Shown: piece by piece, positions 9,928 through 19,960 of the stretch | Numbering within the stretch: position 1 is the stretch's first letter | Layout: each line of letters opens with the position of its first letter | Source of the DNA: a virus | Virus record (IMG/VR): IMGVR_UViG_3300045988_154277 | Strand: one strand, 5' to 3' | Length of the DNA: 64,000 nt | Made by a program: the position numbers and the translations under genes | Notes under the pieces: model-generated | Told to the model about the DNA's origin: nothing | The model's input: the letters and a program-made list of their open reading frames with translations, nothing else | Databases searched by the model: none

Positions 9928-12900
9928 TTACGCTGGTACAGGTTTGGCAACATTGATTGCAGGTTCTCGTCTTGGTTTGGGACGGGACGCTGCTACCGCG
10001 TTCTGAGCGGTCTCTTTGGCATACGCCATCGCAGCAGTTAATGCTTTCTGAGCCCCTTCAGACGTTGCCTTCTCCTGAGCCACTTTGCTGTCAGATGTGA
10101 CGATGATCTGTTCCTTCATCAGGTTGACCATCTCAGCGAGTTTATCGACGATACTGCTGTTACCGGAAGTTGTCGCTTGGACGAGTGCTTCCGTTCCAGC
10201 AGCCTGTTGACTAGCAGCATCACCAGCCTTAGAAGGCTGTTTGCTCTCCAGATAAGCATTGACACCATCGTGTTTCGCCATCTGTTTGTCGCTGATGCTG
10301 GATGCTGTATTGACAGGTGATTTCGGTTTAGTGCCGGTGATCTTGTCCCAGAAGGTTTGCTTCTTCGGAGCGAACCGATCAAGAGCATCGTAGACGTCTT
10401 TCGCAGAACGTTTCGATTGACCTAACTCCGTATATTCACCAGGACCTTTCAAGTTACGACCGATGTTGTGGAGATCACTCATCGCCTCAACGACATTCTC
10501 TTTGTCGTTATCAACGAAATCTTCGGTGAGTGTAACTTTACCATCAGGTCCGACCACCTCTTTGGTAGAGGCTCTGCGTTCGAGTGCACCATGAAGACCT
10601 TCAACCGTACCTGTTGTTTTCTTGCGACGGTTGACGATCGATGCGTTCAACGATTGGCTGATGTCACTGGTACTTACTTCTCCATTGTCGTCTGTAGTAA
10701 GGGTGTCTTTTGCACCCAACAACATACCGCTGGTGTCGATCTGTTTACCAGTCATCCGATCCCAGAGACCGAGATGATGTTTCATACGAGTATGCTGATA
10801 CTCACGTCTCAGCTTGTCGTACTCTTCAGGACCAACCATCTTCACCGCTTCTTCAGCGGACATGCTCATGATCTTTTCGACATAAGCAGCTCGTTCTTCC
10901 TGACCACCTTTCAGTTTGTCAGCAAGAGCACGAGAGCCTGTTGCTGCGATATCTTTCAGATCGGTGATGAACCCTTCACCACTAGCATTCGTAGCAACAT
11001 CTTCAAGGTACCCAGCAGCTTTCCCAGCTAAGCCTGCGGCTTTACCGCGTGCCCACTTAAGTCCTGCTTTAGCACCTGTAACCATTTTGCCACGAAGTTT
11101 CGCTTTCAGCTCATCAACTTTATCATTGGCAGCTAGGATACCTTTACCTATGGTTTTAGCACCACCTAGTAGTGCGTTACCAACGGCTTTGTTACCTGCT
11201 ATATACTTAGAACCGAGCCATTTGGCTCCTTTCCAAGCATTCTTAAGGTTACCAAGTGCTTTCGCACCTGCCCACTTAAGTCCTTTAGCAGCTTTACCTG
11301 TTAGGTCGAACTTATCGTTGAGAGCTTTCGCACCCATAGCGGCTAACCCAACTGGTGAAGTGAACGTTGCTGCTTTCAGAAGCTTACTACCCCATCCAGG
11401 TTTCTTTATGGTTGCTCCTTCCAACGCCTTACTTACGATGTCTGATTTGGTGGCGGTGCTGGCACCTTTGTCTGTAGCACCCTCTTTAGTCTTACCTTCT
11501 TCTGCAGGTTTTGCTTCATCGGACGACTCGGTGGTCTTCTCAGATGATCCACCTTTGTTGCCCCACATCGATGTGACAGTTGCTTCGATGAGTGCTCGAC
11601 GACTGGATGCCGACGCATCGGGATAGTGTTCATCGACATAATCCCGAAGTTCTGATTTGAACTCAGCCACGGAGTCGGAAGTGTCCATCAGAGCTTGTGC
11701 GACGTTCTGAGGGATACTCAGTTTACCGCTATCTTTTTCCTCAGTCTTTTCTGCACCTTCCTTCTTCTCGTCTTTCTTACCGAAGCCGAGCTTCTTGGCT
11801 AACCAACCGCCAGCCTTAGCAGCGCCTGTTGCAGCAAGACCGACTGGTGTTGCATATTTCAGGAGGTTTTTAGTTCCTTTCCAGAACCCACCTTTGGCTG
11901 CCTCCAGCTTCTTCTTGGCTCCTTCATCACCTAGTGATGCTTTGTATTCCAAATCAGCACGTTCATCAGCATCGAGGTCTGTAGAAAACCCGGCCTTCCT
12001 GGACAACCAGTTGACACCACGAGTCGCTTTGTCTCGATCCAAAAGACCAAAAGTTAAACCAGAAGCGACACCTCCAAGTGCACCAGAAGCTTTCTCAGCG
12101 AAGTTCAGTTTATCCTGATCTACACCAAGAGCTGCCCCTGCATTACCCCAGCCTTTATATCCGTCGTAGAGACCTTTCGCTGCTGTGACGGCGAGACCGA
12201 CAGGTCCTGCAAACTTGGCAAGTCCTCCAGCGAGAGAACCCAATCCTCCAAGTTTACCAGCGATACCAGCAGCAGCTCCGCCGAGCTTCCCGAGACCACC
12301 GGACAGCAGTCCGCCTGCTTTCGTAGCGATGCCTCCTCCAGCACCTCCAAGAAGACCACCAACTTTGCTAAGTCCACCAGAGATCAACCCACCTGCTTTG
12401 CTGGCGATCGATCCACCGGCTTTACTCAGTACGGAACCAACGCGTCCTGTGATCCCACCCATATCTCCTTTTTGGAGAAGAGTACCGATGCCTTTACGCA
12501 TCAGTTTACCGACACCAGAATGGAGGAACTTACGACCGAGTTTGGTCTTGCGAAGGAGCTTCATACCTCCAGCAGCGAGTTTGTTACGTGCGAATTTGAG
12601 TGCTTTGCTCTTTACAGCATCCATCGCATCGTCCATCAACCCACCACCTTCTTCATCTCCTTGACCTTCACCAGATCCTTGTCCTTGGACTGTGCCTTCT
12701 CCACCTTGTGCAGCGGCTTTCGCTGCTGCATCTTCTGCCATCTTTTTCTTGCGTTCTTCAAGACGTTTTTCGTTGGCAGCTTGCTGTTCTTCAGCGGACA
12801 TGTTGGCTTCGGCTTGTTCGGCGTCTTTCTTGGCTTCTTCTTCTTTCTGATCCTTCTCGACACGACGATCTCGTTCTTCCTTCAGAAGATCGTAGATCTC

Positions 12901-15900
12901 GGTGATCTTGTTCAGAAGAAGATCGATACCAAGTTTACGTCCAGCTTTCGGTACTTCGGAGTCACCTTCTTTCTCTTTACTGAAGAATTTAGCGATCCCA
13001 GAACCTACCTTTTTAGCACCATCCCAAGCGGTACGGAAGAGACCACCCCATCCTTTGCGATTCCAGATGTTATCGTCTTCTTCCCCTTCTTTCTTCTTGG
13101 AAGGTCCACTTGATTTGGAGAACCAACCACTCACTTTGTCTTTGATACGACTGACCAGGGAGGGTTTCGCACCAGCTTGTGCTGTTTTATACTGTTCAGG
13201 TACTTGATCAGCACTGACGAATCTACCATCTGGACCATGCCATCTTCCGTTGGCATCCTGATAGTACTGTTTATCCTCTGGAACAGGTTCTTCCAGTGGT
13301 TTTGCATCTTTCTTACGGAATGGGTGTGTGATTCCTTTCCAGGCTTTGCTGCCCAACCACTTGCCACCTCTCCAAGCGCCACCAACGGTCTTCTTCGTGG
13401 TCCACCAAGACGCTTTACCAAGCCACTTGGCTGGAGTGAGCAACGCCTTGCCAACAGCAGGTGCTGCTTTCAGAGCACCTCCGATGACACGACCACCTCC
13501 ACTCAGAACACCTTTGGCGATGTTACCGTACATCCCCATCATCGCCGCCATCATGCGACCATAAGCTCCGATCAAACCACCGCCGATCTTACCACCTGCA
13601 CCGATGATAGAACCAAGGATTCCTTTGCCTTTGCCACCTCCTGGGATACCCATGATAGCAGAAAGCAAAGATTGGTTATCAGCGATCTGTCGTTGAGCAA
13701 ACAGTCTGAAGTCACTGTGGAATACAGACTCAGCCTCTCCTTCGAACTTCAGATCACCCTCTGGAGCTTTGGATTCTTCTTTCTTGGTAGCCTGTACCGT
13801 AGTAGCAGGAGTTGCATCGACTGCAGCTTCTTTCACTTCCGGTTTGTTGCGATGAAAGAGTCCCTTCATCTTACCGAAGAACCCAACCTTGTTGACATTC
13901 TTGATATCAGACTGAGGTTGATCTCTATGGAAGAAAGATCCGATCTTCTTGAAGAACCCTGGTTGTTTGGCTGCAACAGGTTCCGATTGACCGACTTCTT
14001 CGTCAGCATGTTGGAGAGTTGCATCCGGGATGGCATCTTTCGCGATGTCCTGAGGAGTGAACTCACCCTCATCTCCAGATCCTTCCAGCTGAGTAGCATT
14101 CAGCATCTTCGGATCGATCTTCTGTTCTCCGGGTTTCGCGTTCTTGTTGTACTTCTCGATCACCTTCTTGGCTGCTTCTGTACCTTTCTTGACGTCACCT
14201 TTGGCTTTCTCAAAAGCTTCCTTGACGTCTTTCTTGACACTGTCCGGGATGTGAGCCATGATCCAGCGACCGATCTTCGAACGACGAAACTTCAACCACC
14301 CATAACGAAGCTTCCTCCAGAGACCACGGATACCGGATGTCGCTTTGCTTTTGATCGCTCCACCAACACCTTTTTCCTGGATCTCTTTCTGGATATCCTC
14401 AAGCCCACTTACCATCTTCTTACGGATGTTGTCGAGGGCTTCTTTCCGTTTCTTGCTATCGGTGATCATACTCTTGTAAGAGGACAACTGACTCAGTACT
14501 TCACCGAGATACTTTTTGCGCTGATCAGCGCTTGGTATCACGGTGGAAATTCTCTTCAGATCATCCAATATCTTCTTCTGTGCACCGGTGGCTTTTAGAT
14601 CTGTTCCAAGCTTATTGAGGAACTTCCCGATGCTGTGCCCAGACTTGACTGCGTTGTCATAAAGAACACCGACTTGTTCCTGCATGGATTCTGGGAAATA
14701 CTTCACCAGTTCTTCTCTGCTTTGGAATGTCTCCACTAACTTACCGGTGACATCTTGGACTTTCTGTTTCGCACCTTTGACAGCATCTGTTGTTGTCTTA
14801 GGTGATTCCTTAGCACGCTCTTCCATGAGAGCACTGAATCCCATAGGACGATGTTCTTCTGGCGCAGTACCTTGTACGTTGGAAGTAACATTACCGACCT
14901 GCATCTCAGTGGTGGATGTTGCCCCACCAGCGGAATTCACAGCATCAAAGCCGATCCTACGAGAACCCTCTTGGGTATAAGTGGGTTTGGTTCTCCACTC
15001 AACACCATCCGTTGGATTGTATCCATCTGGCGGGATAGGACCATTAGAAGGTCTTCCACCACCGAGTAACTCGATGATACGATCCAGTTTATCTGGGATC
15101 CAACGACGAAGCGATGTTCTGCTGTCCGCATCGAATGCAACAGCTTCTTCAGCGACATCCGCAGCAGTACGGACTTTCACCTGTTTGGTAGAACGACGTT
15201 TGCCTTTGGAGGAACCACTAACCGTGTAGTTACCGGATGCACCTGGTGTAACAGTATACGCAGGTTCCGGCTTAACCTCTTCGTAGTGTTCCGGTATGTC
15301 ATTCTCTTCAGTGATTTCACTGTAACGGAAGCTGGGATCACTCATGTCGAATACCCAGCGTTTCTTCGTACAGAGCTTATTGATCTCTTCTACAGGGAGG
15401 GTCCCTGGTTGAAGAGGTGTGGACACGTTGATCGTCTCACTGTACCGATTGAGTCTTAAGTCAGAGGCAGAGATTACGTAGGTCGTAGGACCTGTTTTCA
15501 CGACAGAGTTTACGTGAGGCTTCTTCTGCTCACTCTCATCGTACTTGCTTTTCGCTTTGCTGTAAGTACGACCGATCACGGTGTCATCAGAGAAGAAATC
15601 AGTAACACCCTGTTTGGTTTTCTCATACTTCCCTTTCAGCCAACCAGCTGCTTTCGTGAGATCGTTGTTGATGAAATCAGGTGTCGCATATGCTGCTCCA
15701 CCGAGCACACCAGAGAGCTTATCAGCGAAGTCACCCTCTTTACCACCACGGTGCTTCCACCGCTGACGGAGCTTCTCCTCTTCTGCTTTCAGATGACGCA
15801 ATTCATCCATCTCATATGACGCAGTACGTTCTGCATCATCTTGGGTTTCCAAGTCAAGACGCAAGTCCTTCAATTCCTTCTGACTGTACGGTTGTCCAGT

Positions 15901-17940
15901 CTTAGGATTATAGAAGGTGGTTTTCTTCTTCTTGAGTTTGGGATCCAACATGTTGAGAAGACCAGCGTTCTTGACACCCTCTTTGTGAGTGGCGATATCG
16001 GAGAACAATTGAGACTGACCGAATCCTTCCGAAGCTCTCGCCATCATCTCCTGAATGTTGGTATCGTTCATACGATCTGAGATAGCAGCGTTGATACGAT
16101 CTACCATCATCCCACTTGGACGATTGGTCTTCGGATCTTTGGTCATATCCATTAACAACTGCACAAAAGCTTTTCTGGTAGCATGATCCTCAGGTATCCC
16201 GTCGAATACAAGCTTGATGTAAGACGAGGTGATGTCAGTTCTGTTCTCTGCACCAGGACTAGATAACGCTTGGTAATATTCGAGAAGTGTTTCATAATCG
16301 AAGAACCGAGCAGCCGTTGCAGAGTTGATCAAGAACCGTTTCAAGTGATCTTCCATCTTGGACATCTGCTCTTGAAGCTTCTCCGCTTTTGCAGTACCCT
16401 TCTTAGCGTTCTTGTTCGTTAAAAGGATCGCACGGAACTTACCCATCGTCTCACCCATACGGCGAGCACGATCTTCTTTGCTACCGAACTCTTTGGAGAT
16501 GAAGTCTTCTCTAGCTTCTTCAACGGTTGTGAGTTTCCTCTGATGAACGTTGAAGGTCATCTGGTTGATCTTAGCATTCGGAGCTAAGGTTTGCTGTAAC
16601 GCTTCTACCAGATTACCGATCCTCTCCAGGTGACGTGGCATTACTTCAACGATCGTCTGTCTCGTTGTATTGTCGAACGGAACCGCTTCGTTCGCTCCTT
16701 CCAACATACTGTTACGAACAGCTTGTTTGTTGAAGCTCGGGATCTTATCAGCGATCCACCCGAGGAGGGTACCGTATTCACCACGATGTCTCTCCGCGAA
16801 CTGCTGAAGCCATGAGATCCCTTTGTTCTTCATGAACATGCCTTTATTCTCGATCAGATCACGAAGTCCACCATACTGTTTCAGCTTATCTCCGAAAAGT
16901 TTCTTTGCTCCGAGTTGAGCACCAAGTCCGAGACCCATAGCAACAAGTTTCATGGGAGTGAGTTTCTCCCCACCCCCCATCATCTCCATCATGGAAGTCA
17001 TCATGTCCAACTGAGGGATGATCCCCCTGGTGACATTCTTTACACTTCCCATCAAACTCTTGGAGATGTTCTGCATCATGGTGCTGCGGAACGAAGACTG
17101 ATACTCCGAATAGGTCTGGAGACGAGATCCTCTGGAAGCAGCAAGTCCCCCAACTCTCAGATTACCAGCTTTCATGTAATCAGGAACGCTGGTATTCTTA
17201 CTGATCTCTTTCAGACGCTCTTCTGAGATCTTAGCGATCGCAACCGTCGCCTTATGGATGTCTTTCATCACGAAGAGTCCCTGATACTTCAGTTCAAGGC
17301 TCTTCTTCAAATAACCAGTATAAGTACCCGTCAAGAACTCAGCAACTGTACTGACACTGTCACCGATCTTGTTGAGTGCTTCATAAGAAGCTTTAAAATG
17401 TTCCTCATTCAGTTTACGGTCGACCATGCGTTCCGTATCCTGTTTGATGATCATCTGCTTCTGTACTTCAGCCTGTCCTTCGAAGATAGACTGTAACGAA
17501 GAGCGTATGGTTTCATTGCGGATCTCCGCTTCCATATCTCTCTTCTTCTCCGCAGGGATGATGCTCTCTTCCAGCTTCTTCTTGATGCTATCATACCACT
17601 TCTTGGGCATGATCTTCTCCACCATGGGCATGGAACGAAGTGTAATCTGTTTCATGCTGTTGACAGCTGGAGAGATCTCGCTGGCAAGGTCCTGTTGGAG
17701 CTTCTTGAAATCATCCACAGTAGCAATGGTCTCATCGACAAGTTGGCTGGTGTTTCCGAACCGATCTTTCAGTTCGTTGTGCAACCCTTTCAATGCACCT
17801 TTGCCTGTGCTCTTCAGAAGCTCAGAGACATTCTTCAATGTCTCAGAACCTTTCTTCTTATTGGAGCTGTCATCACCCATGTCGATATCAAACTCATCGA
17901 ACATGTCTGCGGATAGATTGTCGAATTGGTCAGCGCCCAT
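9928..17940 (-). CDS. giant virion-associated protein (2670 aa), Gly/Ala/Lys-rich repeats, tape-measure-like or ejection-protein-like
   Basis: 8-kb uninterrupted ORF; repeated blocks of the type KAGGLLSGGLGKLGGAAAGIAGKLGG and AKKLGFGKK. Plus-strand ORFs inside it are shadows. Confidence 0.75.
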   Translation of the reverse strand: MGADQFDNLSADMFDEFDIDMGDDSSNKKKGSETLKNVSELLKSTGKGALKGLHNELKDRFGNTSQLVDETIATVDDFKKLQQDLASEISPAVNSMKQITLRSMPMVEKIMPKKWYDSIKKKLEESIIPAEKKRDMEAEIRNETIRSSLQSIFEGQAEVQKQMIIKQDTERMVDRKLNEEHFKASYEALNKIGDSVSTVAEFLTGTYTGYLKKSLELKYQGLFVMKDIHKATVAIAKISEERLKEISKNTSVPDYMKAGNLRVGGLAASRGSRLQTYSEYQSSFRSTMMQNISKSLMGSVKNVTRGIIPQLDMMTSMMEMMGGGEKLTPMKLVAMGLGLGAQLGAKKLFGDKLKQYGGLRDLIENKGMFMKNKGISWLQQFAERHRGEYGTLLGWIADKIPSFNKQAVRNSMLEGANEAVPFDNTTRQTIVEVMPRHLERIGNLVEALQQTLAPNAKINQMTFNVHQRKLTTVEEAREDFISKEFGSKEDRARRMGETMGKFRAILLTNKNAKKGTAKAEKLQEQMSKMEDHLKRFLINSATAARFFDYETLLEYYQALSSPGAENRTDITSSYIKLVFDGIPEDHATRKAFVQLLMDMTKDPKTNRPSGMMVDRINAAISDRMNDTNIQEMMARASEGFGQSQLFSDIATHKEGVKNAGLLNMLDPKLKKKKTTFYNPKTGQPYSQKELKDLRLDLETQDDAERTASYEMDELRHLKAEEEKLRQRWKHRGGKEGDFADKLSGVLGGAAYATPDFINNDLTKAAGWLKGKYEKTKQGVTDFFSDDTVIGRTYSKAKSKYDESEQKKPHVNSVVKTGPTTYVISASDLRLNRYSETINVSTPLQPGTLPVEEINKLCTKKRWVFDMSDPSFRYSEITEENDIPEHYEEVKPEPAYTVTPGASGNYTVSGSSKGKRRSTKQVKVRTAADVAEEAVAFDADSRTSLRRWIPDKLDRIIELLGGGRPSNGPIPPDGYNPTDGVEWRTKPTYTQEGSRRIGFDAVNSAGGATSTTEMQVGNVTSNVQGTAPEEHRPMGFSALMEERAKESPKTTTDAVKGAKQKVQDVTGKLVETFQSREELVKYFPESMQEQVGVLYDNAVKSGHSIGKFLNKLGTDLKATGAQKKILDDLKRISTVIPSADQRKKYLGEVLSQLSSYKSMITDSKKRKEALDNIRKKMVSGLEDIQKEIQEKGVGGAIKSKATSGIRGLWRKLRYGWLKFRRSKIGRWIMAHIPDSVKKDVKEAFEKAKGDVKKGTEAAKKVIEKYNKNAKPGEQKIDPKMLNATQLEGSGDEGEFTPQDIAKDAIPDATLQHADEEVGQSEPVAAKQPGFFKKIGSFFHRDQPQSDIKNVNKVGFFGKMKGLFHRNKPEVKEAAVDATPATTVQATKKEESKAPEGDLKFEGEAESVFHSDFRLFAQRQIADNQSLLSAIMGIPGGGKGKGILGSIIGAGGKIGGGLIGAYGRMMAAMMGMYGNIAKGVLSGGGRVIGGALKAAPAVGKALLTPAKWLGKASWWTTKKTVGGAWRGGKWLGSKAWKGITHPFRKKDAKPLEEPVPEDKQYYQDANGRWHGPDGRFVSADQVPEQYKTAQAGAKPSLVSRIKDKVSGWFSKSSGPSKKKEGEEDDNIWNRKGWGGLFRTAWDGAKKVGSGIAKFFSKEKEGDSEVPKAGRKLGIDLLLNKITEIYDLLKEERDRRVEKDQKEEEAKKDAEQAEANMSAEEQQAANEKRLEERKKKMAEDAAAKAAAQGGEGTVQGQGSGEGQGDEEGGGLMDDAMDAVKSKALKFARNKLAAGGMKLLRKTKLGRKFLHSGVGKLMRKGIGTLLQKGDMGGITGRVGSVLSKAGGSIASKAGGLISGGLSKVGGLLGGAGGGIATKAGGLLSGGLGKLGGAAAGIAGKLGGLGSLAGGLAKFAGPVGLAVTAAKGLYDGYKGWGNAGAALGVDQDKLNFAEKASGALGGVASGLTFGLLDRDKATRGVNWLSRKAGFSTDLDADERADLEYKASLGDEGAKKKLEAAKGGFWKGTKNLLKYATPVGLAATGAAKAGGWLAKKLGFGKKDEKKEGAEKTEEKDSGKLSIPQNVAQALMDTSDSVAEFKSELRDYVDEHYPDASASSRRALIEATVTSMWGNKGGSSEKTTESSDEAKPAEEGKTKEGATDKGASTATKSDIVSKALEGATIKKPGWGSKLLKAATFTSPVGLAAMGAKALNDKFDLTGKAAKGLKWAGAKALGNLKNAWKGAKWLGSKYIAGNKAVGNALLGGAKTIGKGILAANDKVDELKAKLRGKMVTGAKAGLKWARGKAAGLAGKAAGYLEDVATNASGEGFITDLKDIAATGSRALADKLKGGQEERAAYVEKIMSMSAEEAVKMVGPEEYDKLRREYQHTRMKHHLGLWDRMTGKQIDTSGMLLGAKDTLTTDDNGEVSTSDISQSLNASIVNRRKKTTGTVEGLHGALERRASTKEVVGPDGKVTLTEDFVDNDKENVVEAMSDLHNIGRNLKGPGEYTELGQSKRSAKDVYDALDRFAPKKQTFWDKITGTKPKSPVNTASSISDKQMAKHDGVNAYLESKQPSKAGDAASQQAAGTEALVQATTSGNSSIVDKLAEMVNLMKEQIIVTSDSKVAQEKATSEGAQKALTAAMAYAKETAQNAVAASRPKPRREPAINVAKPVPA

Positions 17941-17960
17941 TGCGCAATCTCCTCAAGTTA

Positions 17961-18734
17961 TCAGAACGTCGGAATCGTAGAAGGAATGTAAGCGAAGTCG
18001 CAGTAGAGATCCAACTGTGCTCGCGTGGAGGTCAAAGCTTCCTGATACTGTTCCGGGTCTGGAATTAAAGTCTTATTCACATACGGTACTGTGAAGATCC
18101 TGGTATCGAAGAACCGTCCTTCCGATACGAACGCAACGGACAGATCTGTTCCTTCTTTCACGAACTCTTCGATGTTGTAGATCAACAGCAGTTTGTTGTC
18201 TGCATAATCATTCACAGGTGACGTATAACGGGGTTCTTTGGTGATGTCAAAGTGGACATTCGGCATCCTCTCTTGGAACGCTAATTGTAATGCGTTCAAC
18301 AGTTCATCGGGGTAGAGAGGGTTGGCGACATTCATGCGGATCCTGATGTCTACAGGTCTAGACGAAGCTGCTCGGTTGTGATGCTGGATCATCATCAGGA
18401 TATTACCGAACTCGTAATAGATCGAAGTGAACGGTGCTTTAAAGCAGATCATATCCACTTGATTCGGATCACTCAATAGCTCATCCAACTGTTTATCCGT
18501 ATGCTTCAATGCTGGGAAGTGAGTACAACATTCGTAATCATACTTCTTGTTGTACTCAGGAAGTTTATGAAGGATGTATGCCATCTCCTTCGGTACCTTC
18601 ACCAGATGCATCAGCGCACCCAATCTGAGATCCTGTAGATACTCAAGATCTACATAGATCCGTGTGACTGGACCCAGTTCTTGACGGATGAACTGCTCAC
18701 TTGTTTGATTGAACAAGTCCTGTAATTGGCTCAC
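17961..18734 (-). CDS. hypothetical protein (257 aa)
   Basis: ORF 21 nt upstream of the giant gene, same strand. Confidence 0.55.
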   Translation of the reverse strand: MSQLQDLFNQTSEQFIRQELGPVTRIYVDLEYLQDLRLGALMHLVKVPKEMAYILHKLPEYNKKYDYECCTHFPALKHTDKQLDELLSDPNQVDMICFKAPFTSIYYEFGNILMMIQHHNRAASSRPVDIRIRMNVANPLYPDELLNALQLAFQERMPNVHFDITKEPRYTSPVNDYADNKLLLIYNIEEFVKEGTDLSVAFVSEGRFFDTRIFTVPYVNKTLIPDPEQYQEALTSTRAQLDLYCDFAYIPSTIPTF

Positions 18735-18822
18735 GATAGAACCTCCTTATTATTCATAATATTCGATTTCGCATAGCATGCCTGGCTTACGTAGCAAGCT
18801 ATCACACAAAAAAGAAAGAGAT

Positions 18823-18855
18823 GGTAGGAGGGTGACATCATGTCACCCTCCTACC
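18823..18855. terminator. perfect 33-nt palindrome hairpin
   Basis: GGTAGGAGGGTGACATCATGTCACCCTCCTACC. Confidence 0.5.
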
Positions 18856-18883
18856 AGAGTCTCTCAAAGGTCAGCGATATCGT

Positions 18884-19936
18884 TTAGAGTGTGAACGATC
18901 CTGCCGGATACGTCGGCACACCCAGAGGTCCTGACGCCGCACTGACCAACGGCGAAGCAGCACCTGTTGCATAGGAGTTCGTATACATGACATTCCCGTT
19001 GACATCGATGGAGCTGGACGGAACCAGCATCGCAGGTGCCGGAGGTGCTCCGATCCCAGCGGTTGCAGGAACCAACTGCGGTTGTTGGTTGTACGCCATC
19101 GGCGTATTCTGCTGCCACGGTGCCAGGGTCTGCTGGGGTGCAACTTTCTCCACAGTCTGGGTAACCCAGGCGTAGAGCTGTGCATAGCCTTCCAGCGCAT
19201 CCAGATGTTCCTCCAGTTCCTCTCTGTGCAGATCGATCCCACACAGATCACGGCTCCACGGATCCATCGCACTGAGTAGTCCGATGATCACATGAAGTTT
19301 GGCATCCGTTTCCGGGATACCGAGCAACTTGGCCGTATAGGTATACGTTCCGGAGATATCATCCGTCCCGAGGAATGTCGAGATGAGGATCTGGAATACT
19401 TCCCAGGTCTTCTTCCGGTATTTGGAATGCTCCTTGATGTAGTCTTCGTTGAAGACACAGCACTGCGCTTCGGCGGTCTTGGTCTTCTTGTTGTAGAAGA
19501 TGGTGAGGAGGTCGATCGACCGGATCTTCTCCAGTTCATCCATCATCGTTGCGTCGACTTTGTCGATGATCCTCGACATCAGCGGGAACTGGGAGTAGTT
19601 GTCATCCTTCTTCTCCACCGCATCCTGGATCATCTTCTTCATCAAGGATTTAAGGATCAGAGCACAGAGTGTGTTCATGCTGTTGTAGAACCACTCTCTT
19701 GCCCGGTTGATCCCAATGCACTCTTTGAACGGGTTGAGGATCGCAAGATCCTCATGACCAGGCATCCCTTCATAGAAGAATGCCACGATCTTGGTCTTCT
19801 TGCCATCCACCACCGTAACCGGCTGTTGGGTCGAGAGGTTCTTGATCGTATGGTCGTCCTGCACTTGGAAGACGTTCCCGATCTCGATCAGCAACTTCTC
19901 GAAGTTCGCCAATGAGTCTTTGTCGATTGTTTTCAT
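18884..19936 (-). CDS. hypothetical protein (350 aa), Pro/Ala/Gln-rich C-terminus
   Basis: Long ORF. Confidence 0.55.
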   Translation of the reverse strand: MKTIDKDSLANFEKLLIEIGNVFQVQDDHTIKNLSTQQPVTVVDGKKTKIVAFFYEGMPGHEDLAILNPFKECIGINRAREWFYNSMNTLCALILKSLMKKMIQDAVEKKDDNYSQFPLMSRIIDKVDATMMDELEKIRSIDLLTIFYNKKTKTAEAQCCVFNEDYIKEHSKYRKKTWEVFQILISTFLGTDDISGTYTYTAKLLGIPETDAKLHVIIGLLSAMDPWSRDLCGIDLHREELEEHLDALEGYAQLYAWVTQTVEKVAPQQTLAPWQQNTPMAYNQQPQLVPATAGIGAPPAPAMLVPSSSIDVNGNVMYTNSYATGAASPLVSAASGPLGVPTYPAGSFTL

Positions 19937-19960
19937 ATTGATCCTTTATAGTTGATGTTG

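Noticed and set aside
10468-17980. Numerous 60-470-aa plus-strand ORFs inside the giant gene (for example 13177-14598, 10916-11626)
   Set aside because: Antisense or shifted-frame shadows of an 8-kb repeat-rich gene. Their compositions (Pro/Ser/Leu-rich) are typical of non-coding frames.
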